In this document: positions 24,013 through 34,614 of the stretch, in pieces
Layout of the letters: every line of letters starts with the position of its first letter
Numbering within the stretch: position 1 is the stretch's first letter
From: Caecitellus pseudoparvulus
Taxonomy: Eukaryota; Protista; Bigyra: Bicosoecida
Direction: 5' to 3'
Length of the DNA stretch: 64,000 nt
Assembly: GCA_965644315.1 (NCBI GenBank)
Contig: CBFFRQ010000042.1
Span: 310,001 to 374,000 of the forward strand
The notes under the pieces: model-generated
What the model was told of the DNA's origin: nothing
Seen by the model: the letters and a program-made list of their open reading frames with translations, nothing else
Databases searched by the model: none
Made by a program: the position numbers and the translations under genes

Positions 24013-25980
24013 ATGCAGGGCTTTTCGCTCAGCCTGGGGGCAGCTGCAGCGAGTGTCGCCCAGCGCAAGCGGCAGCGAGAGGACGTTGCTGCTGCACAAG
24101 CAGCTCTGGGGATGGATGACGCAGGAGCCGCGGCAGAGGGCCAGCAGTCCGGAGCCGCTGGCAGAGAAAAGAGGCGCCTGGTCATCCCCCTGGCCGACAG
24201 CCGGCAGGTGCCTTCTTCCAGCGAGCAGCAGGGGAGCACTAGCATCCACTCTAAGCACTCAACGGCTGAGAAAGAGTTGTCACTGGAAGAACGTGCCGCT
24301 GCAGAGCTCATCGCGGAGCTTGAAGGGGAGAGCTCAGCAAGCCGGCGAGTAGCCTCCATCCCCCTGCCAGGCACGCCCCCTGCCCGGGAGCTGCCGGCAC
24401 CGAAACCTCAAGAGGAAGAGGACGCACAAAAACAACAACAAGATGTGCTCCAGGGCGACGCGGAGCTGAAGGCGCGCCTGTTCGCCCACGCCCGCAAGAA
24501 CCTGCGCCCAGGTGCTGGCGCGCCACTCCTGCTGCGCGCCCAGGCAGGCCGTGCAGACGGCGCGGCTCAGCTCCCAGAAGCCCCTGACTTGCGCAGCTCG
24601 GTGTACACAGATGTGCCCATTGGGGAGTTCGGGGAAGCACTTCTACGGGGCATGGGTGCCAGTGACGCTGACCTGGCAGGAGGCACTGAGCCCCACCGCC
24701 TGGCTGCCATCAAGGGGCGCACGGGGCTGGGGGCGACAGCGAACCCCCTCGCAGACATGGAGAAAGCAATCAAGTCTGAGAGCAGGCGTCTTCGTCCAGG
24801 TCAAAAGGCTGGCCCCTCGGTGCAAGACGTCCTGTCCAAAGTCCGCAGCGGCGGGTATGAAGCTGCGTCAGCTTCCAAGCCTGCTCCTGCCAAGGCCGGC
24901 AAGGCAGGCGGCCTTGCGCCAATCCGCTACGGTGCCCTCAATGTGGGCACTGTTGTGCAGGTAGACCGGGCGTCCCACCCAGCGCATGGCGCCGTGGGTT
25001 GCATCGTGAAGAGCGAAGGTGTGCCCGGCCTGGATGCGGTGGAGCTCCGGGTGGCCCTGGCATCCCTGCCCTTTCTGCAGGCCCTGCCTGCCACTGCTAC
25101 CTGGCCAGACATTGCGCGTGAGCTGGGCCAGCCCGCCGCCCCTGCTCCACTCACAGCTGCCATTGTGCCAGAGCCGAAGGTGGCAGCTGCGCTGATCCCT
25201 CCCGCCACCGCTGCAGCAGCGCAAGGCATCGTCGCAGGGGCAGGGGAGTTGTTGGAAGACCATGTCGGCAGCACTGCCCCCGCTCATGCCGCGGGCACAG
25301 TTGTCTTGCGGGTCAGCAAGGCGTACTGCCAGGCACTGCCGGCAGTGGACATGACCCCCGCGCAGCACGAGCAGGCACGGCTGTGTGCCGGGCAGCAGTA
25401 CAGTGTCCGCCAGGCAGTGCAGACAGAGGCCACAGCTTTCCTCACTCGCTTGCGGGAGGTAGTCGCGGACAAGGTGCAGGAGACCTTGCAGGTGTCCGGT
25501 CCAGCGGCGCCTGCGGGGCCGGCAGACCAGCCAGCTGCGTCCGGACAGCCCGCGGCATCAGGCCAACCCGCTGCTAGGCCCTCCGACAGGGCGGCTGAAA
25601 GCGGGCAGCCACATGTGCCACGCGGGCCTCGGACATATTGGCTGCAGCGGGGTATTCGCGTGCAGGTGGTGGACAAGCGCCTGGGAAGGCTGTACAGAGC
25701 AAAGGGCATCGTCCAAGAGGTGACTCAGCCCGGCCGGTGCACGCTGCTGCTGGAGGAGGGGTCCAGGCGGCACGTGGAGAACGTGAGCCAACGGAGCCTG
25801 CAAACTGTCATTCCAAAAGGCAGCTCTGGAGGGCGTGTGGTGGCTGTGCGTGGCCGGTACAAGGGGGATGTGGGCGTTGTGATGGACAAAGACAAGCGAC
25901 GGGAGCGGCTGCACGTGCATCTTGAGGAGGCAGGTAAAACCGTGGCCCTCCGCTTTGATGACGTGTGTGAGCTCGCTTGA
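24013..25980 (+). CDS. GPKOW: G-patch and KOW domain splicing factor (GPKOW/Spp2/MOS2)
   Basis: YTDVPIGEFGEALLRGMG..RTGLGA (Spp2/MOS2-type G-patch); C-terminal WLQRGIRVQVVDK..LQTVIPK..VRGRYKG (KIN17/KOW-like). Confidence 0.85.
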   Translation: MQGFSLSLGAAAASVAQRKRQREDVAAAQAALGMDDAGAAAEGQQSGAAGREKRRLVIPLADSRQVPSSSEQQGSTSIHSKHSTAEKELSLEERAAAELIAELEGESSASRRVASIPLPGTPPARELPAPKPQEEEDAQKQQQDVLQGDAELKARLFAHARKNLRPGAGAPLLLRAQAGRADGAAQLPEAPDLRSSVYTDVPIGEFGEALLRGMGASDADLAGGTEPHRLAAIKGRTGLGATANPLADMEKAIKSESRRLRPGQKAGPSVQDVLSKVRSGGYEAASASKPAPAKAGKAGGLAPIRYGALNVGTVVQVDRASHPAHGAVGCIVKSEGVPGLDAVELRVALASLPFLQALPATATWPDIARELGQPAAPAPLTAAIVPEPKVAAALIPPATAAAAQGIVAGAGELLEDHVGSTAPAHAAGTVVLRVSKAYCQALPAVDMTPAQHEQARLCAGQQYSVRQAVQTEATAFLTRLREVVADKVQETLQVSGPAAPAGPADQPAASGQPAASGQPAARPSDRAAESGQPHVPRGPRTYWLQRGIRVQVVDKRLGRLYRAKGIVQEVTQPGRCTLLLEEGSRRHVENVSQRSLQTVIPKGSSGGRVVAVRGRYKGDVGVVMDKDKRRERLHVHLEEAGKTVALRFDDVCELA

Positions 25981-26067
25981 ATGCAGTTGCATTCCCGGGC
26001 TAGTTGCTCGATCAGGGCCTGGCATCCGTGTAGCCGTGCAAGAGCACCAGTTGGTCAGCGTTTCACC

Positions 26068-27264
26068 ATGGCCGCCAGCGGGGCAGCTGCACCAGTGACG
26101 ATAGCTGTTGTAGGGGCCGGGTAAGGGTCCTTTTGCATACCCCTTGCAGTGTGATTCCATGCACTCCTCGTTTCTTCGCAGGTATTGGGGGAAGAACTAC
26201 GTCCGGGCTTTGAATGAGCTGCCGCAGTTTGACCTGCGTTTCGTTGTGGATTCGAGGGAGGAAATCCAAGCCAGGTATAACAAGCAGCACCCTGGTCTGG
26301 TCGTCACTGGCGACATCAAGGAGGCACTGGACGATGATGAAGTACAAGCAGTCGTCATCGCCACTCCTGCCTCCACCCACCACGCGCTGGGTATGCAAGC
26401 ACTTGCGGCAGGCAAGCACTGCATCATTGAGAAGCCTCTGGCAACTAGCACAGCTGACGCCAAGGCGCTGCAGGAGGAAGCAGCCGCGCGCGGCCTGCAT
26501 ATTCTTGTGGGCTTCACAGCCATCTTCATCCCCAGTGTCATGCAGGCCAAGAGCATCATCGACTCTGCCGACTTCGGCACGCCCTTTTACATGCACTCCA
26601 CCCGGACCAACCTTGGCATCATCCGCGCCGACGTGAACGTCAACTGGGACCTCGTGCCCCATGACCTGGCCCTCTTCTTGTATTGGAATCCACACCCAGT
26701 GCAGTGGGTGTCGGCGACGGGCGTGGACTGTGTGAAGCCAGGAACAGAGAAAGCAGACGGTGAGAGCTGGCGATTCCAGGCACTGTCCCCACCGCTGCAC
26801 CGCAAATACTCCCCGTCACAGCTGTCTTTGCAACGATTAAGTTTAGCAATGGAGTCATGGGCCACATCATGGCCTCGTGGAGCGACCCTAAGAAGTGCAG
26901 GGAAGCGTTCATCGTCTCCAACAAAATGCGGGTGGCGGTGGACGATGTGGACATGTCCCGCCCCCTGGCAGTGTTCCACCAGAGCATCAAGGAGGAAGAC
27001 ATCGGCGAGAAGGTGCTGGATGCCGCGAGCAGCTTCGGAGAGGCAAAGATGATCACGACAGTGGGGGACACGGTGCTGCCGCGGGTGCAGTGGGGCGAGC
27101 CCCTCAAGAACCAGGTCCTTTCCTTCCACAGCCTGCTGACGTCCCCCGAGGCCACGACGCCTGCCTCAGCTGAGCTAGGCGTTAGGGTGGTGCAGTTGCT
27201 TGAGGCCATTGACACTTCCATGGCTGCTAACGGTGTGCCAGTTCCCATCTCCCCCCTGGAGTAG
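26068..27264 (+). CDS. Gfo/Idh/MocA-family NAD-dependent oxidoreductase, bacterial nucleotide-sugar 3-dehydrogenase (WlbA/WbpB/GnnA)-like; introns 26121-26181, 26760-26821
   Basis: Spliced IAVVGAGYWGKNYVR, AVVIATPASTH, GKHCIIEKPLA, STRTNLGIIRADVNVNWDLVPHDL, HIMASWSDPKK, GEPLKNQ. Confidence 0.88.
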
Positions 27265-27471
27265 ATGCAGCAATGAACGCGCCTGCTCGACCCACAGCAG
27301 CAGCCCGGCAGCTAGCACAAAACTCTGCACCGTGGCGGCCCACCCTGCGGTTAACGCCCAAGCGCCCAAGGCAGCTCGAATCCGCCCTCTTGTGCCCCTC
27401 TGTCATGAGTCCCTGAGGCCACACGTTTCATCCGCCGGTTCCAGTCGGCTGGCGTTTCACCTGTCCCAGCC

Positions 27472-30285
27472 ATGGCCGTCGCCCACACAGCACCCAGCAT
27501 CCCAGTGCAGATTCGGGTGCCATGGGGGTCAGGCTCGGGCATCAGTGTGGGGTCTCCGCCTTCCAGTCGCGGTTCCCCTGTGTACAGTGTCAAACAGACC
27601 CCAACAGCAGGTGTGTTGGTCTCCCAGCGTTTCGCTCGCTTGGCTCCGCCCAAACCCACCTGCTCGCCTGAGCCAACCCTCACAGCGACTCCCACTGCAT
27701 CGACAAGCGCAAGTCAGCGTTGTCTGTCCACTGCATTTCGAAGCCTGCGTCGGAGGTTGTTCTGCTTTGCAGCAGTGCTCATGTGCCTCTCACTCGGCAC
27801 CATCTCAGTCGGGCTCTTCTCAGGCAGTGTCCTGGGAGTGGCCTGGAGGCAGGCAGCTGGGAAACCAGCGCCACTGCACCTCACCGCTGTTGTGTACCCT
27901 GATGGAGGCAGCGTAGCACAGCAAGGCCGGCTGTTCCGGGACCTGCAGTCCCAGAGCTGGCTAAATCCCTGGCTGCAGCTCAGCGTGTTGTGGGTGAACC
28001 CGGCCCCTGGGAGCTGGGTGGAGCGGGCCTTGTTGCAGGAAGTCGGCTGGCACGCCGTGTATGTGGAGGAAGAGGACGTACTCCCGGTGCTCCACACAGC
28101 CGTGCGGCTGGCGGCGGCTGCCGAGGCACGCCAGGCAGCCGCGTGGGTGGTTCTCGGCGACACGCTGCGACTGGCCGACAAGTTCAGCGGACTGGTGTTC
28201 CGAGCGTTGTTCCAAACACCACCCATGGACCCCGACGTAGGCGTCTACGAGTCCACAGCGCCTGTGCCGCGCCCAGAGCTACACTTGCTGCAGGCAGGCC
28301 AACAAGTGCTGTCCCTCGGCCACGGGCTGCCAGCGTGGGCCATATCCCCCGCCGTCGTTCGAGGCTTGGAGCTTGGAGCTGCCCCCTGCCACACGACCGA
28401 GTCCACACATGGCAATGCGACTGCAGTAGCGCTGGCCTTGGACCGCTGCGCGGTGTCTGGGCCAGCAGTTACGCCGTCGGTCGCCTCATTGCCGCAAGCT
28501 CTGGTGTGCCGGGCCCAGCCAAGGGGGGCCCCGCACAACACCAACAGCACTGCAGAGGAGCTGGAGGCGCTCCCAGACCTGCCTGACCACGCAGCGGCGC
28601 GTGACTTCATGGGCGGGCCAGCTGCCTACAGTGCCCTGTGCGGCACCAGCGCCGTGGTGGGCGGGGTAGCCACCACGCGCAACCGCCTGCCCCTCTTGCG
28701 GCAGGTGCTGGCTGACCTGGCAGGGCAGGTGGACCTCATGTACTTGTACTTGAACGGCCTGTCCTCCCCCCCTGCCTGGCTGCAGTCCCCTGAGTGGGAC
28801 TGGGTGCACCCCATACCCAGCGAGGGGACACACCCCCTCGCAGTGGGGGACGCAGGGGACGCTGGCAAGTTTGCAGGCGTGGACTGGGTGCCAACGGGGG
28901 CCTTCTTCGCGACTGTGGACGACGACTTGCGGTACCCGCCCCACTACCTGCGCAGTCTAGCCTCAGCCTCCGCTGCGTACGGGGACACCGCTGCAGTGGC
29001 GTTTCACGGGTACAGCGTCGTGTCCCCGTCCTGGTCCTACCTGAGCGCCCGGGCCCTGAACGTGCGCCTGCTTGGTAGTAGTGGCATGGACATGCCCATG
29101 CACGTCGGAGGCACGGGAGCCATGGCCTTCCGCCGCTCCGCTGCTGTCCCAGTCACATTCACGGACTTCCGGGCTCGCAACATGGCGGACCTGTGGATGG
29201 CCAGCGTCCTGCAACGGCACAGAGTGCCGCTGGTGACGCTGGCACACGGCCAGGGCTTTGTCACCCACCAACCCCTGCAAAGCGTGGGTGTGAAGACCAT
29301 CTGGGATGCCTTCGACGGCGCCGAGACGCCCCTGCAAGATGCTATCCTGCAGGGGCACGCGTGGTTAGCACACTCGCCCATGTGCGAGCCCGTGCCTGCT
29401 CGGCCCACAGTGTGGCACATGCAGCAAGCAGGGGGGCAAGACCGCCTGCAGGCGGTGCAGGCGGTGCACGATGCACGCGGCGCCAACAGCGTTGCCTTGT
29501 CTGAAATGCTGGGGCGTTCAAGGGGCGCGCTGGCTGAGCGGGTGACCGGCGTCATGCGCGCGCTGTCGCTGCACGCCCCGCCTTCGTCAGCTGCACCGAT
29601 CCTGGGCACCATGGCCCTCCTCGTGGACAGTGATGCAGCTGGGCGCCCTGTGGGCTCCTCCAGCCTCGGCTTCCGGAACGAGGGGCTGTGGGATGAAGCC
29701 CTGCGCCTGCTGCAGCGGGGCCTGCACCTGGCCACCCACGCGGCAGACGTCTCAAGCATTGTCTGCCCGGAGGAGAATGCGACGGCAGCCTGCTGGCACC
29801 CTGCTCGTGATGAAGAGGGCGGCATCGCCTTTCACAAGCTGCAGGGCGGCCCGGAAGGCGAGCCAGTGGAGCTGGCGCCGTCGTACGCTGGCTTGGTGGC
29901 GTTCTTCCACGACTCCATGCCCAGCGTCGGGAGGCGGGAGTTTGAGTTCCTGCTGACTGAGATGCAGCCCCAGGCTCTGGCAGTGCTGTCCATCGCCAGC
30001 CTGCAGCGCGGCGCCTGCTGCGTTCTGCAGTGCGACGCACGCCGCAGATGGCGCGTGAACACGGCTGCCTGGAGCAAGGATGCGTGCGAGGGTGGCGAGG
30101 ACCTGGCGGGGCATGCAGCAGTAGCGCTCATGGTGCACAAGGGCTGGCGGGTGGTGGATGTCCTGTCCCACTTCACGCTACTAGAGCAGCAGAGCTTTGA
30201 TGTTCTCGTGCTGCAGGGGCCGAAGGCTCGCGAGGCCGCCAGCACTCCATCTCCCCCGGAGAAAACAAAACAAGCAAAGCGTTGA
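27472..30285 (+). CDS. Multi-domain type II membrane glycosyltransferase with a bacterial-like GT-A (GT2-like) domain
   Basis: TM anchor LFCFAAVLMCLSLGTISVGLF; ATTRNRL..LAGQVDLMYLYLNG, GDAGKF, FFATVDDDLRYPPHY (DxD), HVGGTGAMAF, RNMADLW. Confidence 0.72.
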   Translation: MAVAHTAPSIPVQIRVPWGSGSGISVGSPPSSRGSPVYSVKQTPTAGVLVSQRFARLAPPKPTCSPEPTLTATPTASTSASQRCLSTAFRSLRRRLFCFAAVLMCLSLGTISVGLFSGSVLGVAWRQAAGKPAPLHLTAVVYPDGGSVAQQGRLFRDLQSQSWLNPWLQLSVLWVNPAPGSWVERALLQEVGWHAVYVEEEDVLPVLHTAVRLAAAAEARQAAAWVVLGDTLRLADKFSGLVFRALFQTPPMDPDVGVYESTAPVPRPELHLLQAGQQVLSLGHGLPAWAISPAVVRGLELGAAPCHTTESTHGNATAVALALDRCAVSGPAVTPSVASLPQALVCRAQPRGAPHNTNSTAEELEALPDLPDHAAARDFMGGPAAYSALCGTSAVVGGVATTRNRLPLLRQVLADLAGQVDLMYLYLNGLSSPPAWLQSPEWDWVHPIPSEGTHPLAVGDAGDAGKFAGVDWVPTGAFFATVDDDLRYPPHYLRSLASASAAYGDTAAVAFHGYSVVSPSWSYLSARALNVRLLGSSGMDMPMHVGGTGAMAFRRSAAVPVTFTDFRARNMADLWMASVLQRHRVPLVTLAHGQGFVTHQPLQSVGVKTIWDAFDGAETPLQDAILQGHAWLAHSPMCEPVPARPTVWHMQQAGGQDRLQAVQAVHDARGANSVALSEMLGRSRGALAERVTGVMRALSLHAPPSSAAPILGTMALLVDSDAAGRPVGSSSLGFRNEGLWDEALRLLQRGLHLATHAADVSSIVCPEENATAACWHPARDEEGGIAFHKLQGGPEGEPVELAPSYAGLVAFFHDSMPSVGRREFEFLLTEMQPQALAVLSIASLQRGACCVLQCDARRRWRVNTAAWSKDACEGGEDLAGHAAVALMVHKGWRVVDVLSHFTLLEQQSFDVLVLQGPKAREAASTPSPPEKTKQAKR

Positions 30286-30381
30286 ATGTAGTCTGCCCTG
30301 TCTGGTCTCCTGCCGGCGCTTCTGCCACCTGCGCCGAGTGGCTGCCAGAGCGGGAGGAGGCACGCGCCCCCGCAGCCGGCC

Positions 30382-32289
30382 ATGGCTGGCTGGCGCAAGG
30401 CTCTGCACCGACAGGCGCTGACCTTGACACAGGACCTGTGCGAGCCACTACCGTGTGCTCTGCGACAGCGCCATCGTGGCAGCTGGCTGTGCCTGCTGTT
30501 TCCATGCTTGGTCGTGGGGGCCATCGCGCTGGCTTTCCTGCAAACTGCTGCGGAAATCGATGCGCCACTTCCTGTGCATGCGCCCTCGCCCGCTGCACTG
30601 GAGGCCTTGAAGCTGCAGGCACTCCGGTTGATGCACCCGGACAATGAGAAGGCCAGGCTGCTGATCTATGTGCCCTATGTTTGGTACTTGACCATGGTGT
30701 CCAGGCAGATCTTCCACATGGCCGATGCCGCCTTGGGCATGCCCGATGTGGACGTGGTCGTGTGGGGCCCGGGGTGGGCGGGGTGGGACCCACACAAGTC
30801 AGAGCAGGAAAACGTCGAGGCCGCCTTTCCGTGCGGCTCCCTGGACGTCGTGTACACCATTCAACGTGTGCGGACGCCCCTGGCAGCCTACTGCTCCGGT
30901 CGCCAGGCTTGGCTGGCCAGGGAGCGGGCGCGGGCCACAGCCCCAGCGGTCGGAGACCAAGCAGCCGTGCCAGCCGCTGCAGACAGCGTAGAAGGCAGCC
31001 CACAGGGTGTTGAGCGGGGCGATGCAGCGTGGGGTGCCAAGTGGGCCACTGTCTTGACGGATGCGGCTCGCCGCAGCGCCTGGCGCTTCCCTCGCGGCGC
31101 CCGGCAGCAGGGGGACTGGGCAGACTTGGCGCAGGGCACTGACTGGGGCAGCCAGCACTTGACAGAGAAGGAGTGGTTCCCTGCCGAGGCCAGGCAGGAG
31201 CGAGGCCATGGCGCACCAGACGCAAGCACCCTGCCCTGGCCCAGCGACACGGACGACCGCAGCGACGAACGACCGGTCATCGTCATGGAGGCGAATGACT
31301 GCTACACGGGCAAGTGCATGCTGCGGGCGGGCTCCACTGAGGGTGGCCTGGGCAACGCCCACGTCGTGGTGTACCCCATTGCCCACGAGCTGCCGGCGCT
31401 GGCCCCGCTGGCATCTTCCCACTTGGTTGCACACCTGCCTTTCTGCGCCCACGCGGGGCATATCGGGAGCCCAGTGCCCTGGGAGCAACGTCGCTTCTCT
31501 GTCGCTCTTGTGGGCATGGTGAACCCGTACTACCCGCTGCGCTCCACTGTCGCCCGGGCCATGCGAGCTGGCATGCTGACCGGCCTCACACGGCAGCTGG
31601 TGCACAAGGGGTACCCTGACGCCCAGGACCGAGCTGAAGTGGCGCACTGGTACGGCATTGACCTAGAGGCGGCGCCTGAGCCGTACAGCACCGGCGTCAC
31701 GGAGGCCACGCGGTTCGTGAAGGAGCAGTACACGGAGTACTGCCACATCCTGCGGCATGCCAAGATCGTCGCCATGGACAGCAGCATCTACCGGTACTTG
31801 GTGAAGAAGTTCCCCGAGACAGCCCTGGCTGGCACAGTCATTGCTTCAGACCTGCCCCCTGAGCACGCCCGCAGTCTGGGGGGGGCCATCCTGCCCCTGC
31901 CCCTCACCACTAATACCAGCCAAGTGGCGGCCATCCTCAACGCCGCACTGCAGGACGACGCGGCGTTGCGGCAACGCGCCGAACAGGGGCGCAAGTGGGC
32001 GCAACAGCATGCGGTGTGTGAAGACCGTGTCACGCGTGTACTGGATGCTGCGCTGGCGTTTGCCGGCGGCCGCCGCGGCACCGTGTACGCTCACCAGGAC
32101 TGGGAGGCCACTCCCTGTGGTGCCACAACTAACCCCCTCGCGTCCAGGGGGCGCGCCTACACCTGGTCTCGTGACGGCTGCTCGTGCCGCGAGAGTGACG
32201 ACTCGCAGCCTGAAGTGTGCGTGGACCCCGCTTCGGCGTTCCCGACAGACCCACTGCCGAGCCACTGGGTGGACTACCAAGGCGCTTGA
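30382..32289 (+). CDS. Type II membrane glycosyltransferase, Glyco_trans_1_2/CgeB-like GT-B C-terminal domain
   Basis: TM WLCLLFPCLVVGAIALAFL; VWGPGWAGWD, LVGMVNPYYPLR, YCHILRHAKI..DSSIYRYLVKKFPETALAGTVIASDLP. Confidence 0.65.
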   Translation: MAGWRKALHRQALTLTQDLCEPLPCALRQRHRGSWLCLLFPCLVVGAIALAFLQTAAEIDAPLPVHAPSPAALEALKLQALRLMHPDNEKARLLIYVPYVWYLTMVSRQIFHMADAALGMPDVDVVVWGPGWAGWDPHKSEQENVEAAFPCGSLDVVYTIQRVRTPLAAYCSGRQAWLARERARATAPAVGDQAAVPAAADSVEGSPQGVERGDAAWGAKWATVLTDAARRSAWRFPRGARQQGDWADLAQGTDWGSQHLTEKEWFPAEARQERGHGAPDASTLPWPSDTDDRSDERPVIVMEANDCYTGKCMLRAGSTEGGLGNAHVVVYPIAHELPALAPLASSHLVAHLPFCAHAGHIGSPVPWEQRRFSVALVGMVNPYYPLRSTVARAMRAGMLTGLTRQLVHKGYPDAQDRAEVAHWYGIDLEAAPEPYSTGVTEATRFVKEQYTEYCHILRHAKIVAMDSSIYRYLVKKFPETALAGTVIASDLPPEHARSLGGAILPLPLTTNTSQVAAILNAALQDDAALRQRAEQGRKWAQQHAVCEDRVTRVLDAALAFAGGRRGTVYAHQDWEATPCGATTNPLASRGRAYTWSRDGCSCRESDDSQPEVCVDPASAFPTDPLPSHWVDYQGA

Positions 32290-32477
32290 GGCCGTGGGCA
32301 GAGGCGCTGTGAGAATTAATTTGTATACTTCCCTTGCAAGCTTGGGTATGCACCATGGCTGCCGGCGTCAGGGGCTCCCCGTCGCGCCCAGCAGTGCACG
32401 CCTTGCTGCGTGAAGCCATCCCATCCCAGCACCACAAGTCCAATCGGAGAGGCAGTGGCTGCGAGGCCAAACCAAGC

Positions 32478-34452
32478 ATGGCGTCCCCCATCATAACCAA
32501 CACGCTTGTTGTTGATTCTGGCGGCATCATCAACGCCATAGCTCTCAACGGCAAGGCAGAGGTGTGTGGCAACGTGGGCAGGGCCGAGAAACAATTTCCG
32601 CACACGCCCCTTCCTCCTGCGTGCTTCCCAGAAGTATGTCACGATCCCGGAGGTGTTCGACGAAATCAAAGATGAACAATCACGCAAGCGCATGGCCCAG
32701 CTGCCCTTCGACTTGGATGTTCGGCAACCGAGCGATGCTGCTCTGGCAGCAGGTGCGTGGACTGTGGCGTGTTCTGTGCGCGGGTGCCGGGCAGCTCCGC
32801 CCCGCCCCCACGGCCTTGTGCGGCACACCCCACGCCGCCTCCCGCCACAGTGTCCACCTTTGCCCGCACAACGGGGGACTTGAAGTTCCTGTCCAAGGTG
32901 GACGTGCACGTTCTTGCCCTGACGTACATGGTGGCAGCCGAGGCGCGGGGCTGGGCAGACCTGGCAGAGGACATCACCACCCGGCTGCGCCGCATCACTG
33001 ACAAGGCCGCCAAAATCGCCATCCCCGGCGCACCTGCTCCCCAGCCGGCGCCATCTGCGTCCACTGCTGCCGCCCCAGGGGCCTCAGGTGCCCAGCCACC
33101 CGCTGCTGGCGCGCGCTCCGCGCCCAAGGCATGGGGCAAGCCTGCCAAGGCCAGCGGCAAGAAGCCAACCTTTGCGCAGCTCCTCGCCTCTGCCACAGCT
33201 GAAGAGGAGGACGGTGGTGATGCCCCTGCCCCGGCAGCTGCTGAGCCACCCAGCGCGGGGCGTGTCCGCTTCGCTGAGCCGACGCCGGAGGTGCCGGATT
33301 TCGGACAGGATGCCTTCCCCACGCTGCGCCCTGCCGCCGGCACAGCGGAGGCGGCCGCCTTGCCGCAGCGCATGGCGCCCCCCTCGTGGCCTCCTCCAGG
33401 CAGTGAGGGGCAGCGCCGCCCAGTTGGCACCTCCATCCTGGCCCTGGTCGCACAGGACACGGCTCGCAAGGCGGTGTCCGCGGCGCTGTCCACCATCCGG
33501 ACCCAGTACCCAGAGCCGGAGCCGGAGCCGGAGCCGGAGCCAGTGGGGGGCGACAGCGCGCCCCACGCTGGTGGGGCGGCGTCTGGTGGCGGGGCGGCGG
33601 CTTCCCGCAGCCACATCCTCAGCCACGGCGTGGCCCAGGGCTCCACAGTGCGGCATGTGAAGGCGGGGGAGGAAGACGACGGGCCTGCCTGGGTGACGCC
33701 CGGGAACTTGGCAGCAGTGCTCAGCTCAGGGGCTTCCTTTGGCGCGGGAAAGCGGGGGGGCGGGGACCCCGTCCCCGTCTCCCCCGTCGCATGTGTCACA
33801 GTCGACTTCACTATGCAGAACGTGCTGCTGGGCATGGGCCTGCGGGTGCTGGCTGCTGACGGGCGCCGTGTGAAGCGCAGCAAGCAGTTCGTGCTCAAAT
33901 GTGACTCCTGTTTCCAGTGCGTGCCCCTGCCTCGCGCGCTGTCGCGCAGCCCTGCCTCACGCCCAGCCCTCTCCCCACAGTGTGACTCGCGAAATGGACC
34001 GGCTGTTCTGCCCTGCCTGCGGCCACGCCACCCTGGCCCGCCTGGGCGTGACTGTGGACGGCAAGGGGCGCTCGCACTACCACTACTCCAAGCACCGGCG
34101 CGTGAACACGCGGGGGCAAGTGTACTCGTACGGCAAGCCGACAGGCGGCCGGGGCGGGGACCTGCTGCTCAGCGAGGACCAGCTCATGTTTGGCACGTGG
34201 GCAGGCAAGGCCAGGAAGAAGGAGCGGCACGAGTCCATGTGGGCTGACGGCGCGGAGATGATGCACAGCGTCAAGCGCGCTGGCTTTGGTGGCGGCTGGA
34301 CCAAGCCCACTGCTGGCGGGTCGGCCACCAGCGCGCCGGATGGCTTGGGCGTGCGAGGCAACAAAAACATCGTCGTGGGCAAGAAGGGCAACCCCAACGC
34401 GCGCAAGGGCCGTGAGCGACGCGGGGCCAAGAAGAAGAACAAGAAGCGCTGA
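32478..34452 (+). CDS. NOB1: 20S pre-rRNA D-site endonuclease NOB1 (3 introns)
   Basis: PIN domain LVVDSGGII, TIPEVFDEIKD, TGDLKFLSKVDVHVLALTY; ACVTVDFTMQNVLLGMGL; Zn ribbon CDSC..FCPACGHATL; NTRGQVYS, LLLSEDQ. Confidence 0.93.
33510..33543 (+). repeat. (GAGCCG)n coding repeat (Pro-Glu) inside the NOB1 insert
   Basis: About 5 tandem GAGCCG units. Confidence 0.85.
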
Positions 34453-34614
34453 GTGGGCGCGAGGCCCCTCGCGCTCTGCCAGCCTGTAGCAAGTCTCGCC
34501 TGCAGACACTTCCCTGCAGGCTCCCCAATACACTGCCTGCTGCATGACGACGCGGAGCATGCCTCCACGCGGCCGAACTCACCTCATGCAGAGCTACTCC
34601 GAATCACTTTACCC

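Noticed and set aside
26068-32289. Bacterial contamination, prophage or integrated virus as the source of the bacterial-like sugar genes
   Set aside because: The oxidoreductase (and DegT) carry spliceosomal introns, the GTs have eukaryotic signal anchors, composition matches the flanks, and there are no integrase, capsid or terminal repeats.
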